DNA of 64,000 nucleotides from Batkoa obscura (Eukaryota). Location: NCBI GenBank assembly GCA_030770535.1, contig JASVEC010000014.1, forward strand, positions 496,001-560,000, given 5' to 3'. Both the position numbers and the translations under genes were made by a program. The notes below the pieces were generated by a model that saw only the letters and a list, made by a program, of their open reading frames with translations, did not search any database and was not told the DNA's origin. Of this stretch, positions 13,165-29,066 are shown in pieces; positions within the stretch are counted from its first letter, which is position 1; each line of letters opens with the position of its first letter.

Positions 13165-14014
13165 TTAATTTATAAATGATATTCTAATCCACTTACTATA
13201 TAAGTTTACAGGTTCTTCAAAAAAAGTAGTAGTCCATGATGGCTTCATACTTCGCTTATATAGAGATATATGGATATCATTATAATACAATAGTTTTTGC
13301 AGTATAAAAATTGAAGAGTATGTTATTTTATACTTTTTGATGTTACTTCCAGTCAAATTACTTGATAAGTGTATGATAAAAATAAGGTTTTATAAAATTC
13401 GAGAATCTTTATATATTACTATTGATAGTAGATGAAATGCGATATCAACCAATATCATAATAATTCAGAAATTTTAGTAATGATAATATTGGTAATCGAT
13501 CATCTATAATAACAAATTGAATGTATTAGTTTTATTAATCTATCTCTTATTGATTTCATTTTCTTTTTAAATCCTAAATTCAGGCAGAATATTAGCTTTT
13601 ATATCAAGGATAAGTTTGGTACAAATTGTGATTTTTATTACTTCAGGTGAACTTCATCCTAACATCTTTAATAGAGAGGATTTTCTTAAACATAAAATTT
13701 ATACTTCAAGTTATTAATTTTTGTCACTGGTGGTTTATTTAAACGCAGAAGGCTATTCAAACAACTGCTGATCATGGGGAACACCTTTATCAGTTTTCTA
13801 TAGTATAAATAATATAACTGAGTCTTAAATATACAAAACCAATTATTTATCGAAAACTAAGTTTGTTTTTTTATTAAAATATAATAACTTATTCAGCTTT
13901 TAAGTTAAGCGAACAAATAGCTAGAAGGAAAAAAGACATTCTTATATTAAACCGGTAGACTAATAAGACTTATTTTACTTAGTATCAAAATGTATTTACT
14001 GACTCTTTTTATCT

Positions 14015-14780
14015 CTTAAAGAATAGATATTTTTAGCGAATTTAAAAATAGGTAAATAAGCGGGCCTACATACATCAAATTAAAAACAAGTGCTAGCTTT
14101 TGACTTAATGAAACACAGCCTGGTAAAAAAAACCTAATCCAGAACCAGCAAAAAATTGATTAATTTACAAAGCAGCAACATATTTTTGAAACTTCGGTCT
14201 ATAACCTAAAACAGTAAAAGAATAGTATAAGTAGATTACTGTATGAATAAGGGAGCTAAATAGTACAAAAATTCCAGTACCTGGATTGGAGATGGTAAAT
14301 AGATAAAATATACATAAAACTGCACCAGAATGATGGTGAGATTGTAAAAGAGATGGTACTCTATTTTTTAACAATAAAATTAAGGCATCAATAAATTCCC
14401 AATATTTGGATAGATAAAAGAGCCATATATTAAGGTATATGCTTTGTATCCATACCGTTTGATTTTTATCAAAATAGACGTTATAGAGGGAATCACTATT
14501 TATAATAGTGCCATAGATGGTAGAAAATAAGGAGAAAAGGGGAAAAAGGAACAAATTGCTAAGTTAAGTTATGAAATAATATAAAGACCTTGAAACCATC
14601 ACTAGCTTTTGTATTTTTAGTTGTTTGCTTTTTTATATACTCAGTGTAAATCTTTGCAGCTATCAAATATGTGATTGATATAAAGGCAACACTGGGTTGA
14701 CGGTTAAAACAAGGGTACCATTATGAGAGTGGTAAGCCTTGTCAATGAGTTATATCAATAAGATTGGAAATTGGAATCAT
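14015..14780 (-). pseudogene. Fatty-acid elongase (ELO/GNS1) pseudogene, paralog of 32076-32870
   Basis: MIPISNLIDITH*QGLPLS*WYPCFNRQP aligns with MVSITDFTTINHWKELPLSQWYPYFNHQP; retains YLSKYWEFID and LQSHHHSGA; two nonsense codons plus frameshifts. Confidence 0.88.
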
Positions 14781-15623
14781 TATCAAATAAGGAGTAAAAA
14801 AACATGTATTCGAAAAACATACTCCTTTTTATTTACTATTTTTTGAGGTGTATTCTACAATAAAATAAACTTTGAGTCAGTCATTCAAATACATCAATTA
14901 GGGTGTTATAGATAAAGCGATCTTATTAATTGACTATACCCCATTTATGTATTTGTTATGAATTGTTTTAAATGTATTTATTGAGTTATTGAGTTATTGT
15001 TGTTATACTGTATTATTATAAAATGATTGAAATAAAAGTGTAAAATAAGATAATAAGCAGTTATATTAAATATTTAATGAATTGTTTTTTTACTTTGTTG
15101 TTGATAACTACACTTCGTCATTATAATTTTTGTAGAAAATTTAGTATCACTTGTTACAAAAGTTATTATAAAAACTGAAATATAATTAAATTAAATGGAG
15201 AGCTAATTGTAACTAAAGATATATGCTTGTTAAAATAAGGATCTCTGATAGATCGATTTATCTTTACAGTTTATAATTTTATAACTATTTTATAGAATAT
15301 ACTATACTATATGCAATATTATAGCAAAACAAAAAAATATAGTTTGAGTAATTTAGATTCTATTAAGTTATTTATTATAATAATCTTATTGTATAAGATA
15401 AATAACAAAATTTATAGAATATAATAGTGGCTGACTTTAAATTTTTAAATTTCAATCTGCCAATTTAAAAGCTAATAATCTTTTAAACAAAAAGTTCAAT
15501 CGACTTAATTGGTTCTTATAAACTTTAAAAGAAAAACATGAAAAAACAAAACAAAAAACTCAACAAAGATATTCAGTTCTTATTTTATCTTTTTCAACTT
15601 TCAATTTCAATTCCCAATAGAAG

Positions 15624-16852
<1,229 letters not shown>

Positions 16853-17144
16853 AAGTATTTACTGCAAGCTTTTTTGAATGCATATTTAATAGTTGAGGTT
16901 GTTGATTAGTTTTAGGTTGAACATATAAGTTGATGGGTAGCTTTTTGTTAAATAAAAACAAAGCTGTTTTATGGGTTTATATTTTATTTTAGTTTGATGT
17001 TTTTTAATTATCTTTAATGCATTTTTTTAAAGAATAAATCCCATGAATTAGTTTAAATTCAAAAAAACTCGAAAGACCCACTTTTTTTAAAATCTCAAAA
17101 AATAGAATAAAATTCAATAATAAACCAGCAATTTACTTTTATAT

Positions 17145-18702
<1,558 letters not shown>

Positions 18703-18715
18703 TCTATTTAATGAA

Positions 18716-18748
18716 ATAATATAATATAATATAATATAATATAATAAT
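18716..18748. repeat. (ATAAT)n microsatellite between the convergent DYS1 and FES1 3' ends
   Basis: ataatataatataatataatataatataataat seen directly. Confidence 0.8.
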
Positions 18749-18765
18749 AAAAGAAATAGATTGTT

Positions 18766-20134
18766 TTAATTGTTTAATTTAGTAATTAATGTATCCCATT
18801 CTTGCTCAGTAAAAATATCATTAAATCGTTGTTTTAATGATTCTATGTTTTTTGCAATTGATTTTAAGTCTATATCAATCGATGAATTTAATAAGGGTAA
18901 ACTAGTAGATAATAAATGTAAATCCTATATAAAATAAAAAATTCAACGTAAGTATATAGATTCAATGTTTTAATAATATTAACTTACTTTTTGTATTAAA
19001 TCATCATCGTCATAATATTTTGATTCAGGTAATAAATACATAAGAAATGTATTTAATAAATTGGAATTTAACAATGGAGTTAAGATAGTTGGTTCGTCAG
19101 ATAATAATGAATTCATCATAAATAAGATTCGACTAATCACTTGTACATCAATGTCTAAACAATAGAAATAAAATTAATAAAATTAATATAATTAATAGCG
19201 TTGTGATTAATTCATTTACCTTTTCTATTGACAATATTTTGAATTAATTGAAATCCGTTTAATGTTTGTAATTTAACTAACGATTTTTGATGATGTCTAG
19301 TGGCACCTAAATAATAAGAAAAACATGTCAAATAAAACACATAATAAAAAATAATCAACCTACAAGATAAAGCATAGATCAATTTAATTAATACTTCTTT
19401 TTCACTTTCTTTTTCCATTGCTTGTAATAATGCTTCAAATCCATTATGTTGAATAAACTAAATATAATATAAAATAAACTAATAAATAACGAATGATAAG
19501 AGTAATAAACATATAGAACTCACCGCTTCTTGGGCATCTGGATTATTTTGAGTAGCTGTACCCAATGTCCATGCTGTATATTTACGAATAACTGAATGCT
19601 CATTTTTCAATAATTCAATTAATGGAGCCCATAATTTTAATGGGGTTAAATCTATAGTTTAAAACAAAATTAATATGTTTGATATTATTCATTTTTTATA
19701 CAAATACTTACTTTTGGCATTATCAATATGTTCTACTAACTATAGGAATAAAGTAATGAGTTAATTTGATTTAAAAAAGCAATAACAAAATTTTCTTTCT
19801 AAAAAATTACCATTTCTAAATTATCAAATGCAACTTCTCTTTGTTCTAAATCGACATTTTCATCAATAATTACTTGGAAATTTTCTAATTATAAAAAATA
19901 AGCCAACTAATAAACACAATAACTTTAAATAAAAATAGAACAGGAACGATAATAACAATAACAATATTTAATAATATTTAATTAAAACTTACCTTTCATC
20001 ATAGTAGCTTCACTTTTACCCAAAATAGCATCAATAACTTCCGGATCTAAATCTTTAACTGCCTCGTTGCTAGTTGCTTTAGCTAGCTCTTCAGGGTCAC
20101 TGTTTTTAATTCCCCATTGTAATAATTTTTCCAT
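18766..20134 (-). CDS. FES1: Hsp70 nucleotide exchange factor Fes1/HspBP1, multi-exon (largely missed by the ORF track)
   Basis: MEKLLQWGIKNS...LDPEVIDAILGKSEATMMK; REVAFDNLEMLVEHIDNA; AWTLGTATQNNPDAQ; armadillo-like repeats. Confidence 0.93.
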
Positions 20135-20234
20135 TTTTTGAATTTGTATCAATTATAATTTAAACAAAAAAGATAAAAGCCAAATTAATTAAAGCCCTGA
20201 TATTTGAACTAAACTTTGAGAATTAAATTGTTTC

Positions 20235-20249
20235 AGAATTTACTAGAAA
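20235..20249. promoter_or_regulatory. Heat-shock-element-like site in the FES1/ESF2 divergent promoter
   Basis: aGAAttTACtaGAAa matches nGAAnnTTCnnGAAn with one mismatch, about 100 bp upstream of FES1, a known Hsf1 target in yeast. Confidence 0.4.
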
Positions 20250-20318
20250 AATTGGAAAAAAAATTCATTTCATCTTGATAATTTATTTAAAAATCAAAAA
20301 GATTAATACAATACGAGT

Positions 20319-21404
20319 ATGGCAATTAAAAATAAAGTGATGGGAAAGGTAGTAAAGAGTAACAAAGATGAAACACTTTCGCACAAGGTAAAACAGGCTA
20401 AACAATACAGTATAGAAGGACAAGAGGAAGAAACTGTGGAAGAGGGTGAAGGAGAGAATGAAGAAGAAAACGAAGAAGGTGAAGGAGAGAGTGAAGAAGA
20501 AAACGAAGAAGAAAACGAAGAAGAAAACGAAGAAGAAAACAAAGAAGAGGAAGAAGGGGATTATATCGATGAAGATTTAGAAGAAGAAGAAGAGGATTAT
20601 ACCGACGAAGATTTAGAAGAAGAACAAAGTTCCAAAGGCTTAAAGCCTATGGATGCAGCTAGTTTACAGAAATTCAATGAAAAGATTGAAAAAAGTGGGG
20701 TCGTTTATATCAGTCGAATCCCGCCACGGTTCAAACCGAATAAATTAAAATCTCTGCTTGCACCATACAAACTGAAAATTGGACGAGTCTATTTTGCAGC
20801 AGAAGATGAAAGAGCTCGATTAAAGAGAAAGAAAATGGGTGGCAGTACAATAAAACATTATACTGAAGGTTGGATTGAGTTCATGGATAAAAAAAAAGCG
20901 AAGAGTTTGGTAAAATTGTTAAATAATACAAATATGGATAAAAGAAAACATGGTTATCATCATGAAGATATCTGGAATTTAAAATATTTACCAAAGTTTA
21001 AATGGCATCATTTGACTGAGAGAATAGGTAAGATTCCAAATTTTACTGCTTATTTTTATATTCTTGTTAACTAGTTTCTTTAATTTAATATGGATTATTA
21101 ATACTTTTTTTTAGCTTATGAAAAAGAAGTGCGTGCTCAAAGATTAAGAAATGAAATATCTATGGCTAAAAAGTTAAATCAGCAATATATTGATAAAGTG
21201 GAATTAAAGAAACAGATCGAAGGAATGGAAAGTAAAAAAGGAAACTCGAATAAAAATAAAATGGTCAGAAGTTTTCATCAAAGAAAAGTTCAAAATAGTA
21301 ATGTAGAGAATAATCATCATATTAAAAATGATAATAAGAAGAAAAAGAAAACCGAAGAAGATAAAGACAAAGATTTAAATCAAGTATTAGATTCTATTTT
21401 TTAA
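20319..21404 (+). CDS. ESF2: Pre-rRNA processing protein Esf2/ABT1
   Basis: Acidic N-terminus; GVVYISRIPP, YTEGWIEF, DIWNLKYLPKFKWHHLTE; one intron near 21028-21114. Confidence 0.95.
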
Positions 21405-21542
21405 ATAGAAAAGTTATTGAGGTTGGTGATAGAGATGGGATTTATAGATTTTTCATGAATAAAATTGAATATTTAATTTTGGATCTTTTTTTCAAACTTT
21501 TTATTTTTTTATTTTTCGATTTTTTTAACTAAAATTTTAAGC

Positions 21543-22239
21543 ATGAAAGATAAGAAAGAAGGTAATTGATATAACAAAAACAAATGTTGTTGATACTAAT
21601 TTATAATCAATTTAAATAGAAAAAATGACAACTGAAGTAAGAAGATAATAATTATAATGATTATTTTATATACTAAGGGGATTAATTTAGAAAAAAGTTG
21701 ATTCTTTAAAACCATTGAAAGAAAAAAAAGAGAAGAAGGAAAAGAAAGAAAAGAAATCGAAAAAGAACACCGATATAACTGAAAAAGAGTGCAAAAAATC
21801 GAAAAAGGAAAAGAAGGGTAAGAAGGAAAAGAAATCGAAAAACTTGGAAATCGAAAAAGAAGAGATTGAAAAAGTAGAACCATCAAAACTTGAAATAAAA
21901 GAAACTTCAACTGTTCAAACGGAACTTAAGGTAATTTTGTTTACTTAATCTTCAAATTTTTAAACCAATTTCTTTCTTCTCTAGCCTTCTACCGTCTCTT
22001 ATGTTGGCACCGATTGGAATCAATCTAGTTTTTCAGGAAATACTGAAAGAAAAAATAAATTTCTAAGATTAATGGGGGCAGGGAAAAGCGGTAATAAAGA
22101 AATCAAATCAACTGGTGGTAAAGTATTGGATTCTCAACAGGAAAGCAAAATGTTTCAAGAGATGGAAAAACAATACCAGTTTGGTTTAGATTATAAAAAA
22201 GAGGGTTATAAAGGCAGTAAAAGAGGGTTGGGAGCGTAA
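21543..22239 (+). CDS. Lysine-rich protein with a C-terminal SMAP (small acidic protein) domain
   Basis: KKE-rich exons including a 17-nt micro-exon; last exon GTDWNQSSFSGNTERKNKFLRLMGAGK...EMEKQYQFG...RGLGA. Confidence 0.8.
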
Positions 22240-22311
22240 ATGAAGGAAAAGGGAATTTAAGGGAATAAATATAGAGCTAAAATAGTTATATGTTAAGATA
22301 TACTTTTTATT

Positions 22312-22363
22312 GATTTATTATGTTGATATTTGCTTGATTTATTATGTTGATATTTGCTTGATT
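22312..22363. repeat. 24-bp tandem duplication
   Basis: gatttattatgttgatatttgctt occurs twice in tandem. Confidence 0.85.
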
Positions 22364-22504
22364 TTAAATTTTATTATTTCTATGATTTTTTTGATGCTTA
22401 ATTTTCAGCCAATGACTTAAATTTCTTTTTAAAAGTAATCCTAAAAAATTATGATTCTAAAAGAATTAAACTTTTTTTTATATAAACACAAATTAAAATT
22501 TCAA

Positions 22505-22951
22505 ATGGCTTTAATTAAAACAATACAAACTACCTTTTTCCAATTTCGTTCTGTTTCACGAGTATCTATTTTACGAACATCATGTATCTCTAAATTTAAT
22601 ATGCAATCATTGACTTCAAGATTAAGTTTCACTCATAACTTCCATTCGACTACTTTTAAATCCCAACTCACCTCTCAACAACAAGAGCTTATCGATAAAG
22701 TCCAAAATAACCCCGAGTTAATGAAATTGTTTAATAACAAAGAAATTGTATTGCAGATTCAAAATTTGCAAAAATTATTAATCGAAAAAGGTATTGATAT
22801 TAATAATTTAAAAGATATGGGTCCAATGAGTTTATTTAAATTGATGAATGATAAAGATATTAAATTACAAGGCGAAAAGATTCAAGAATTAGTAATCAAA
22901 AATAATATTAAATTATCAGCTACTGATTTGTTGTCTTTATTTTCAAAATAA
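22505..22951 (+). CDS. Hypothetical, probably mitochondrial small protein with STI1-like helical character
   Basis: R/S-rich acid-free presequence, then NNPELMKLFNNKEI...MSLFKLMNDKDI; the ATG at 22505 is preferred over 22451. Confidence 0.65.
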   Translation: MALIKTIQTTFFQFRSVSRVSILRTSCISKFNMQSLTSRLSFTHNFHSTTFKSQLTSQQQELIDKVQNNPELMKLFNNKEIVLQIQNLQKLLIEKGIDINNLKDMGPMSLFKLMNDKDIKLQGEKIQELVIKNNIKLSATDLLSLFSK

Positions 22952-23166
22952 AAACTAATTTTAAAAAGCAATTATTTTATCATTATTATTACTATTATTT
23001 TAAGTCTTGAAGGTGGAATATCTCTAAGTGTTATAGTTTCAAAAATATAACATTTCAAAATTTATTAATTTGCATTTGATTATTATATCACATTTTTTTA
23101 TTAATAGAAACCAAATAATAGGTAAGTAATTAATATTAACTTATTTTAACTATTATTCATTTAAAT

Positions 23167-26100
23167 TTAACTAGCTTTACGAATCCTAAGATTACGCTTT
23201 GAAGAAATAGTAGTAGTAGTAATAGGTTCTTCCTCAGTACTAAAATCATATTTAACTCGATTTAAACGTCGAAGATTTCCTCTACTTTCAATTAATTGAG
23301 TATCATTTAATGTAGTTGATTTAAAATAACTAGAAATAGTATGAATTATTATGATGTAAATTATAATTATAATATTATTATTACTTTTTGATATTTCTTT
23401 TCTTTTTTAAATTGTTGTTTTTATTATTATTATTTGATTTCTTTTTATTTTTAGATTCTTCTGAATAACTTTCCTATTAAAGTAAATTAGTATAATATAA
23501 AATAGTATATAAAATATATTTACAGCTTGGTCATCAAATATACTTTTATCAACATATTTAATCTTTCTTTTTGGTATATAGACAATCGCATTACACTCTT
23601 TAGGAAATTTAAGATAATGATAATGACAATCAATAGTATCGTTATCTTTTGACAATTCTAAATGAATTGAGCATTTTTCTTTTCTTTGCAGTCCATTGAA
23701 ACAAAAACTTGGATCATCAGGATAATCATTTTTATCAATAATTAATGTCATTAAATAATCTTCAATTGATTTTAGCCAAATATAAAATTGCTGTAATGTT
23801 TTAAATATAGTTTTGACTTCTGTCTTATTTATTTCTTCGTTGTATGCTTGAATTATTTGTTTATAAGGATACGATTCTTTAGTCCAACTTAAAAGTATTT
23901 TATGATTTTGTTTAATTACTTTTTGATATTTAGTTAATTTACCAATCATTTTTTTACTCTCTTTTAAATTAGGTATACTATATTCAAATATATTATAACA
24001 ACTTATAATTGATTCACTGAGTGATTTTAGTAAATCAATTTCTTGAATGATTTTATTACCGAGTTCAATTGTTTCGTTTGATTTCATTAAAATAATTGAA
24101 AAATCATAAAGCAATGCTTTGATGTTTTTTAATTTATATATTATTTTATTCATGTAAATCTTATTGTATGCTTCAAAGTCTTTAATTTCAATTAATTCGT
24201 TACAATTATTAATTGATGCATTTTTTAATAATTCATTAAATGAAATTGGTGCTTTTATAAATGGTAAAATGGATTTTGAATATAATTCATTTGACTGTTC
24301 TGTATCCTCACGTATAAATGAAGCATAAGATGAAAAAGCATAAATAATATAAGTAAGCATTGTTTCTTTTGAATCAATGGCACTTTTAATGCCTAATTGA
24401 ATTTCTTTCCATCGATTGAAAGTATCAAATGAATTGATAATATCCTGTTTATTGAATTTTATGTTTGTATATAATTCTTTTTCTCTTATGCCATCTTGAT
24501 TTAAACTAGATAATAGCTGATTTAAAGACTCTTCGTCATTAACGCATTTCCATACTGTTTTGTTTAATTCTCCTTCTTTATTGCCATCTGTCTCTTTATT
24601 ATCAATATTGGTCTGTTCATTATTGATCTTGGTTTGTTCATTATTGATCTTAGTTTCTTCAGTAATATTGTTGGCTTCTTTACTGTCATTAATCATTTCT
24701 TCGTTATTTTCTTTAGATCCTTCAGTAATAACATTAATTTTTTTAGCAATGATATTAGTTTCTTTATTATTAATATTTATTTCCTCGATAACAATATTAG
24801 TTTCCTCTTTATTAACATTGATTCCTTTGGAAACAACATTAACTTCTTCTTTATCAATACTAGCTTCTCCATTATTAATCTCAATTACTTTTTTTACCAT
24901 ATAAGCTTCCATACTTTCGATTATAATACCACCCATATTTGCCCAATACCAATATAATTTTCCAAATCGATCTTTGCCTAACAAAAGTGATCCAACTTTA
25001 TTTAATACACCATTGTGTTGACCATGTAATTCTGCCACTTCAGATGAAGTATAAGTTTCATTAATCACTGCTTCCAAGTCTTTTGTATTTTTTTCAATAT
25101 GAAATCTTAACATTTCAATATTCTTATCTACTCTATTAATTTCACTTTCTAATGCAACTATTTGTGCTTTAAGTAATGGTAATGGTGTATTATAATGTTG
25201 GATTGTAAATATTCTTAATGTTTCGATATGTTTATTCCTTAATGAAATTTCTGAATTTAAGCTAATTTTCAAAGAGTCAACGTTTGTACTAATATCCCTA
25301 ATTTTCTGCTCAAATGATGGTGTATAGGCAATTTGACATTCTATAAAAGTACCAAATGCAGGTTCATCATATATATTATTCACAATTGCCTTTAATACTA
25401 TTAATTTTTCAGCTGGAGTCCATTGAGTGATCTCTTTATCAAAAATATCTACGGTAACTTTAGAGCTTTTTCCTTTTTTAATTTCATTTATTGCTTCAGA
25501 AAAATCAATAGTTTTACTACTATTCCTTGGATCTCTAAAAGTTATCAATATTTGTGTCAACTCTATAACAAGAAAATGGTAATAGATAGAATAATAATCT
25601 AATGGGATATGTAGAATCAAGATCAAAAAATCAGGGGACGAAATAGTTAATGGCCAACCGCTTATTATTTTAGTCACAAATAATCTTAAGAAGTCAGCAA
25701 CCTCTAAAACATCAAGTACCTTTTTAAATCCTAAAAAGGTATCTGTTCCTTCAATTAATTCATTATCTAATGGATTGGCTTCAAATAGCTTTCTCGATTT
25801 ATTTAAAACCTCTGGATCTAAATCATCAAGTATCTCTATCTTATTAACCTATGAAATTATTAAAAAACATTCCGAGTAATTTATACTACATACCAATTGA
25901 CTGTATTTTATATTATGAGGAAGGATAGTTTCATAGGCTACATCTGTGTTCATCATGGCCTGGTTATTTTTTACATTTATATTCGTCATGATTTGATTGT
26001 CTTGTACATTTGTGTTCATTATAGTCTGATTGCTTTGAGTAATTGTATTCATCGTAATTTGATTGATTTGTGCATTTGAAGGGGAGACAAATTTCTCAAC

Positions 26101-26715
26101 CATACTCACATTGGATTGGATTTGAAAATTGGAAGTGTAATTTGAAGGATAATTTGCTTTTTTGCCTTTCTTATTAGGATTTGATTCGATTAAAGAATTG
26201 ATTTTGTATGGACTGGGTTTATATGAGTTTGGGGTTACAACTTCAAACTTTACTACAATATTAATTTTAGAATCTTCTAACTTAATTATAGAGCCTTATA
26301 TGATAAATAAGGAAGTTCATCATATTAGCTTTAGTATTATATTTACTTGTATTCAATTTGCCAAATTCGTTCTGTTGCGCATTTTGAGTATCATCAGTTA
26401 AATCTATTACCTCGTTTTTAGAATTCATTTTTTCAACATGGTTGTAAAGCTTTGTTTTTAGCAAGCCATCCTGATTTGACCTAGTATTAACCTGATCTTC
26501 ATTTTTTTTAAGTGCAGATAATTTCATTTTGAGAAGTTTTTGTTGACGAGCCTTTACAAATCTTTTTATAACAGTCAGGTTTTGAATAGAATTAACATTG
26601 TTATCATTTATGTCTAGATTAAAATTATGTCAGTTTATTTAATATATTTTGTTATGTAGTTGCATTATACAACCAGTCCGTTTGATTTACCTTCAATTTT
26701 ATTTGGCTCTGACAT
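23167..26715 (-). CDS. DDT/WHIM (WSD) domain chromatin protein, ISWI-partner-like, multi-exon
   Basis: DDT-like VLDVLEVADFLRLF; WHIM1-like WTPAEKLIVLKAIVN; WSD-like LLGKDRFGKLYWYW; LLSSLNQDGIREKEL; first exon MSEPNKIE. Confidence 0.78.
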
Positions 26716-26989
26716 TTTGATATAATGGCTCTTTAAAAACTTTCAGTTTGTAAAATATTATCTACGAATCAAGAATCCTTAATTTTAGCTAAAAAGAGTT
26801 ACCAATTTTGAAATACCGAATTTTGAAATTTCCCTAATTTCTACTAGAAATTCCTAAATTGGAAGGAACGTTGTAAATTTTTAGCTTAATTCATGATTTA
26901 AACAGCTTGAAATGGTGATTTTTAGCATCTTACTTTTGATGTATTATTTTTAATAAAAACTGATAGAAAGTAAGAAAAATTAAAAAAAG

Positions 26990-27097
26990 TATTTAGGGCT
27001 GTATTTTTTTGTTTAAGAACTTTGTTAACAATCTTTCTACTCAAATAGCGCTTAAAAAATGAGAAAGTAATAAAATCAAAAAAAACATCCCCATTTA
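26990..27097 (+). mobile_element. MITE-like element, copy E
   Basis: TTTAGGGCTGTATTTTTTTG...CTACTCAAATAGCGCTTAAAAAATG...AAACATCCCCATT. Confidence 0.85.
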
Positions 27098-27343
27098 TAG
27101 TTTCCTTGAAACTAAATGTCACAAGCCTTACCTTTTTGATGAATCTTTTTACCTATTTGACGTATATTTTACTATGGCTAAATTTTTTAATGGAATTTAT
27201 AACAATATAAACTATACTAATTATTTTAATGTGTAAATATAAAAAATTTAGAACTTAACCTTCTAAATTTGGTTACATCAGGTTTCCCACTTTTTATTAA
27301 AATACAGTGAAATAATCCAAATAGCACACTCAATAAACCTTAA

Positions 27344-28670
27344 AATGGAGAATTTTTTGAATTTGAGGAGTCGAGAAAGGATATCATTAAGTAAGCTTTA
27401 TACCACCTTTCATATTAAGGTAAATATGTTAGTTTGTTGTAAATTACGGAACAAAACAATACCATCAATGCTATGAGAAGACATAGCCCCATATCATGAT
27501 CATTATTATAGAAAAAAGTGTACGGTAGTTGTAAAAAATATGGACATTATATTGAATGTTTGATATTAAAACACATTTGGAGCTACCGACTTACCTTTGG
27601 GTATATCCAAATAATACCAAACTTTATTCGTTTTTAGATGAATATTTTAAGAATGTAAGTTGTTTTGAAAATACTCAGATACTAGGCCTTTGGCATATTA
27701 ATTGTATAAATGGTATGACAGATGAGGAATACATGGATAAAAATGAAATCCGTATCAAGGAATTATTCCAAAGTTTAGAACATCTAGGGCTTGATGATTT
27801 AAATTATTATTTTGCAACGTCGACTTTACCAAATTTATCATCAAATTTGAATTTATTAATAATCAACGATATTTTTGCTATTGAAGTTACTTGTTTTGAA
27901 GATTCATTAAATAAGTAGACGATTTGAGAAAGCTTCATATAATTTATCTTGAACTCAAATTAGAAGATATGAGTTTCTTCTTAAACAAATCTTTTCCGCA
28001 ATTGAATATATTGGATATGGGGAGTTTGGTTGTAGATGTTTCGGAGAATGAAGTTGTAGATTATGAATATATATAAATTTAAATAACTATCCAAACCTAA
28101 CGAAACTCTATTATCAAGAATATCCTATTTTAGCATTCAATAAGGTATCAAAGTTAAAAGAGTTAAAAGAGTTAAAAGAGTTAAAAGAGTTAACATTGAT
28201 GGGAGCTGACCTACTAGATGCGACTATAAATAAAGAGGTGTTTCCGGAATTAAACCAGCTAAATCAATTAAAGCTACACTGTTCTTTCAACCTTTCATTA
28301 AAACATTTATGTTTATATTTATTGTCAACGATCAGATATTTATCTATTTATGTATGACCCTTTAATATTCCTAATCAAGGGAGTTTGTCTAAAAAATAAT
28401 ACAAATATAGTTGTTTTAAAACTAACAATCTTACTGGATGTTGGTTCTTTTGATTATATATATCGTATCGTATGCTGTATAACCTTGAAATGATAAATTG
28501 TGAATTCAAAGGCAACATATCACGTTTAAATCATAAAGTACCAAAGGATTCTAGTTTAACGAATATAAATATTGATTTTTATAACCGACCAAATTTATAT
28601 GGTTTTATTGATTGTATTTTCAAATATTTTCAAATATAAAAATACTTAATTATTAAATATAGATAGATAT
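27344..28670 (+). pseudogene. F-box/LRR pseudogene, tandem paralog of 29067-30386
   Basis: Collinear remnants (VYPNNTKLY, LPNLSSNLNLLII, aaataactatccaaa, aaccttgaaat.ata...tgtgaatt.aaa) with many frameshifts; AAGAGTTAA x4 expansion at 28158-28193. Confidence 0.82.
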
Positions 28671-29066
28671 GTGATAAATTATGTGAATGATCCCAGGTTT
28701 TATTTTAAATAAAGTTGATATCTCAGTTTAATATATTATATTAAAACTTATATCAACCTTTTGTAAATTATATGTATGATAATGGTTATAATACTGATGT
28801 TATTGAAAACATATACCAATTTCTAATAAAATCTCAATTTTTTATAGTATTTACCTTTGTTTATTCTAAATAAACTACTTAGGAGCTGATTGGCCCTTTG
28901 GATATTTTATAATGTTGCGTAATGCTTTATGGATCAATGAATGTCATTAAACTTGATTTTATGGAATGTCACTATTTAATCTCACAAACACGAAAATAAC
29001 AATATTTGAATTAAACAAAAACTATCTTGTATTAATTGGATTTTTATAGTTCCAACGAACCTTATA

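Noticed and set aside
13165..13720. Possible further F-box/LRR relic next to MITE copy D (IYGYHYNTI-like peptide)
   Set aside because: Similarity is too weak to support by eye.
14720..14745. In-frame TGA at a Trp position and TAA at a Gln position suggesting codon reassignment or selenocysteine
   Set aside because: The same copy has frameshifts, and intact genes in the window end with TGA, TAA and TAG under the standard code.
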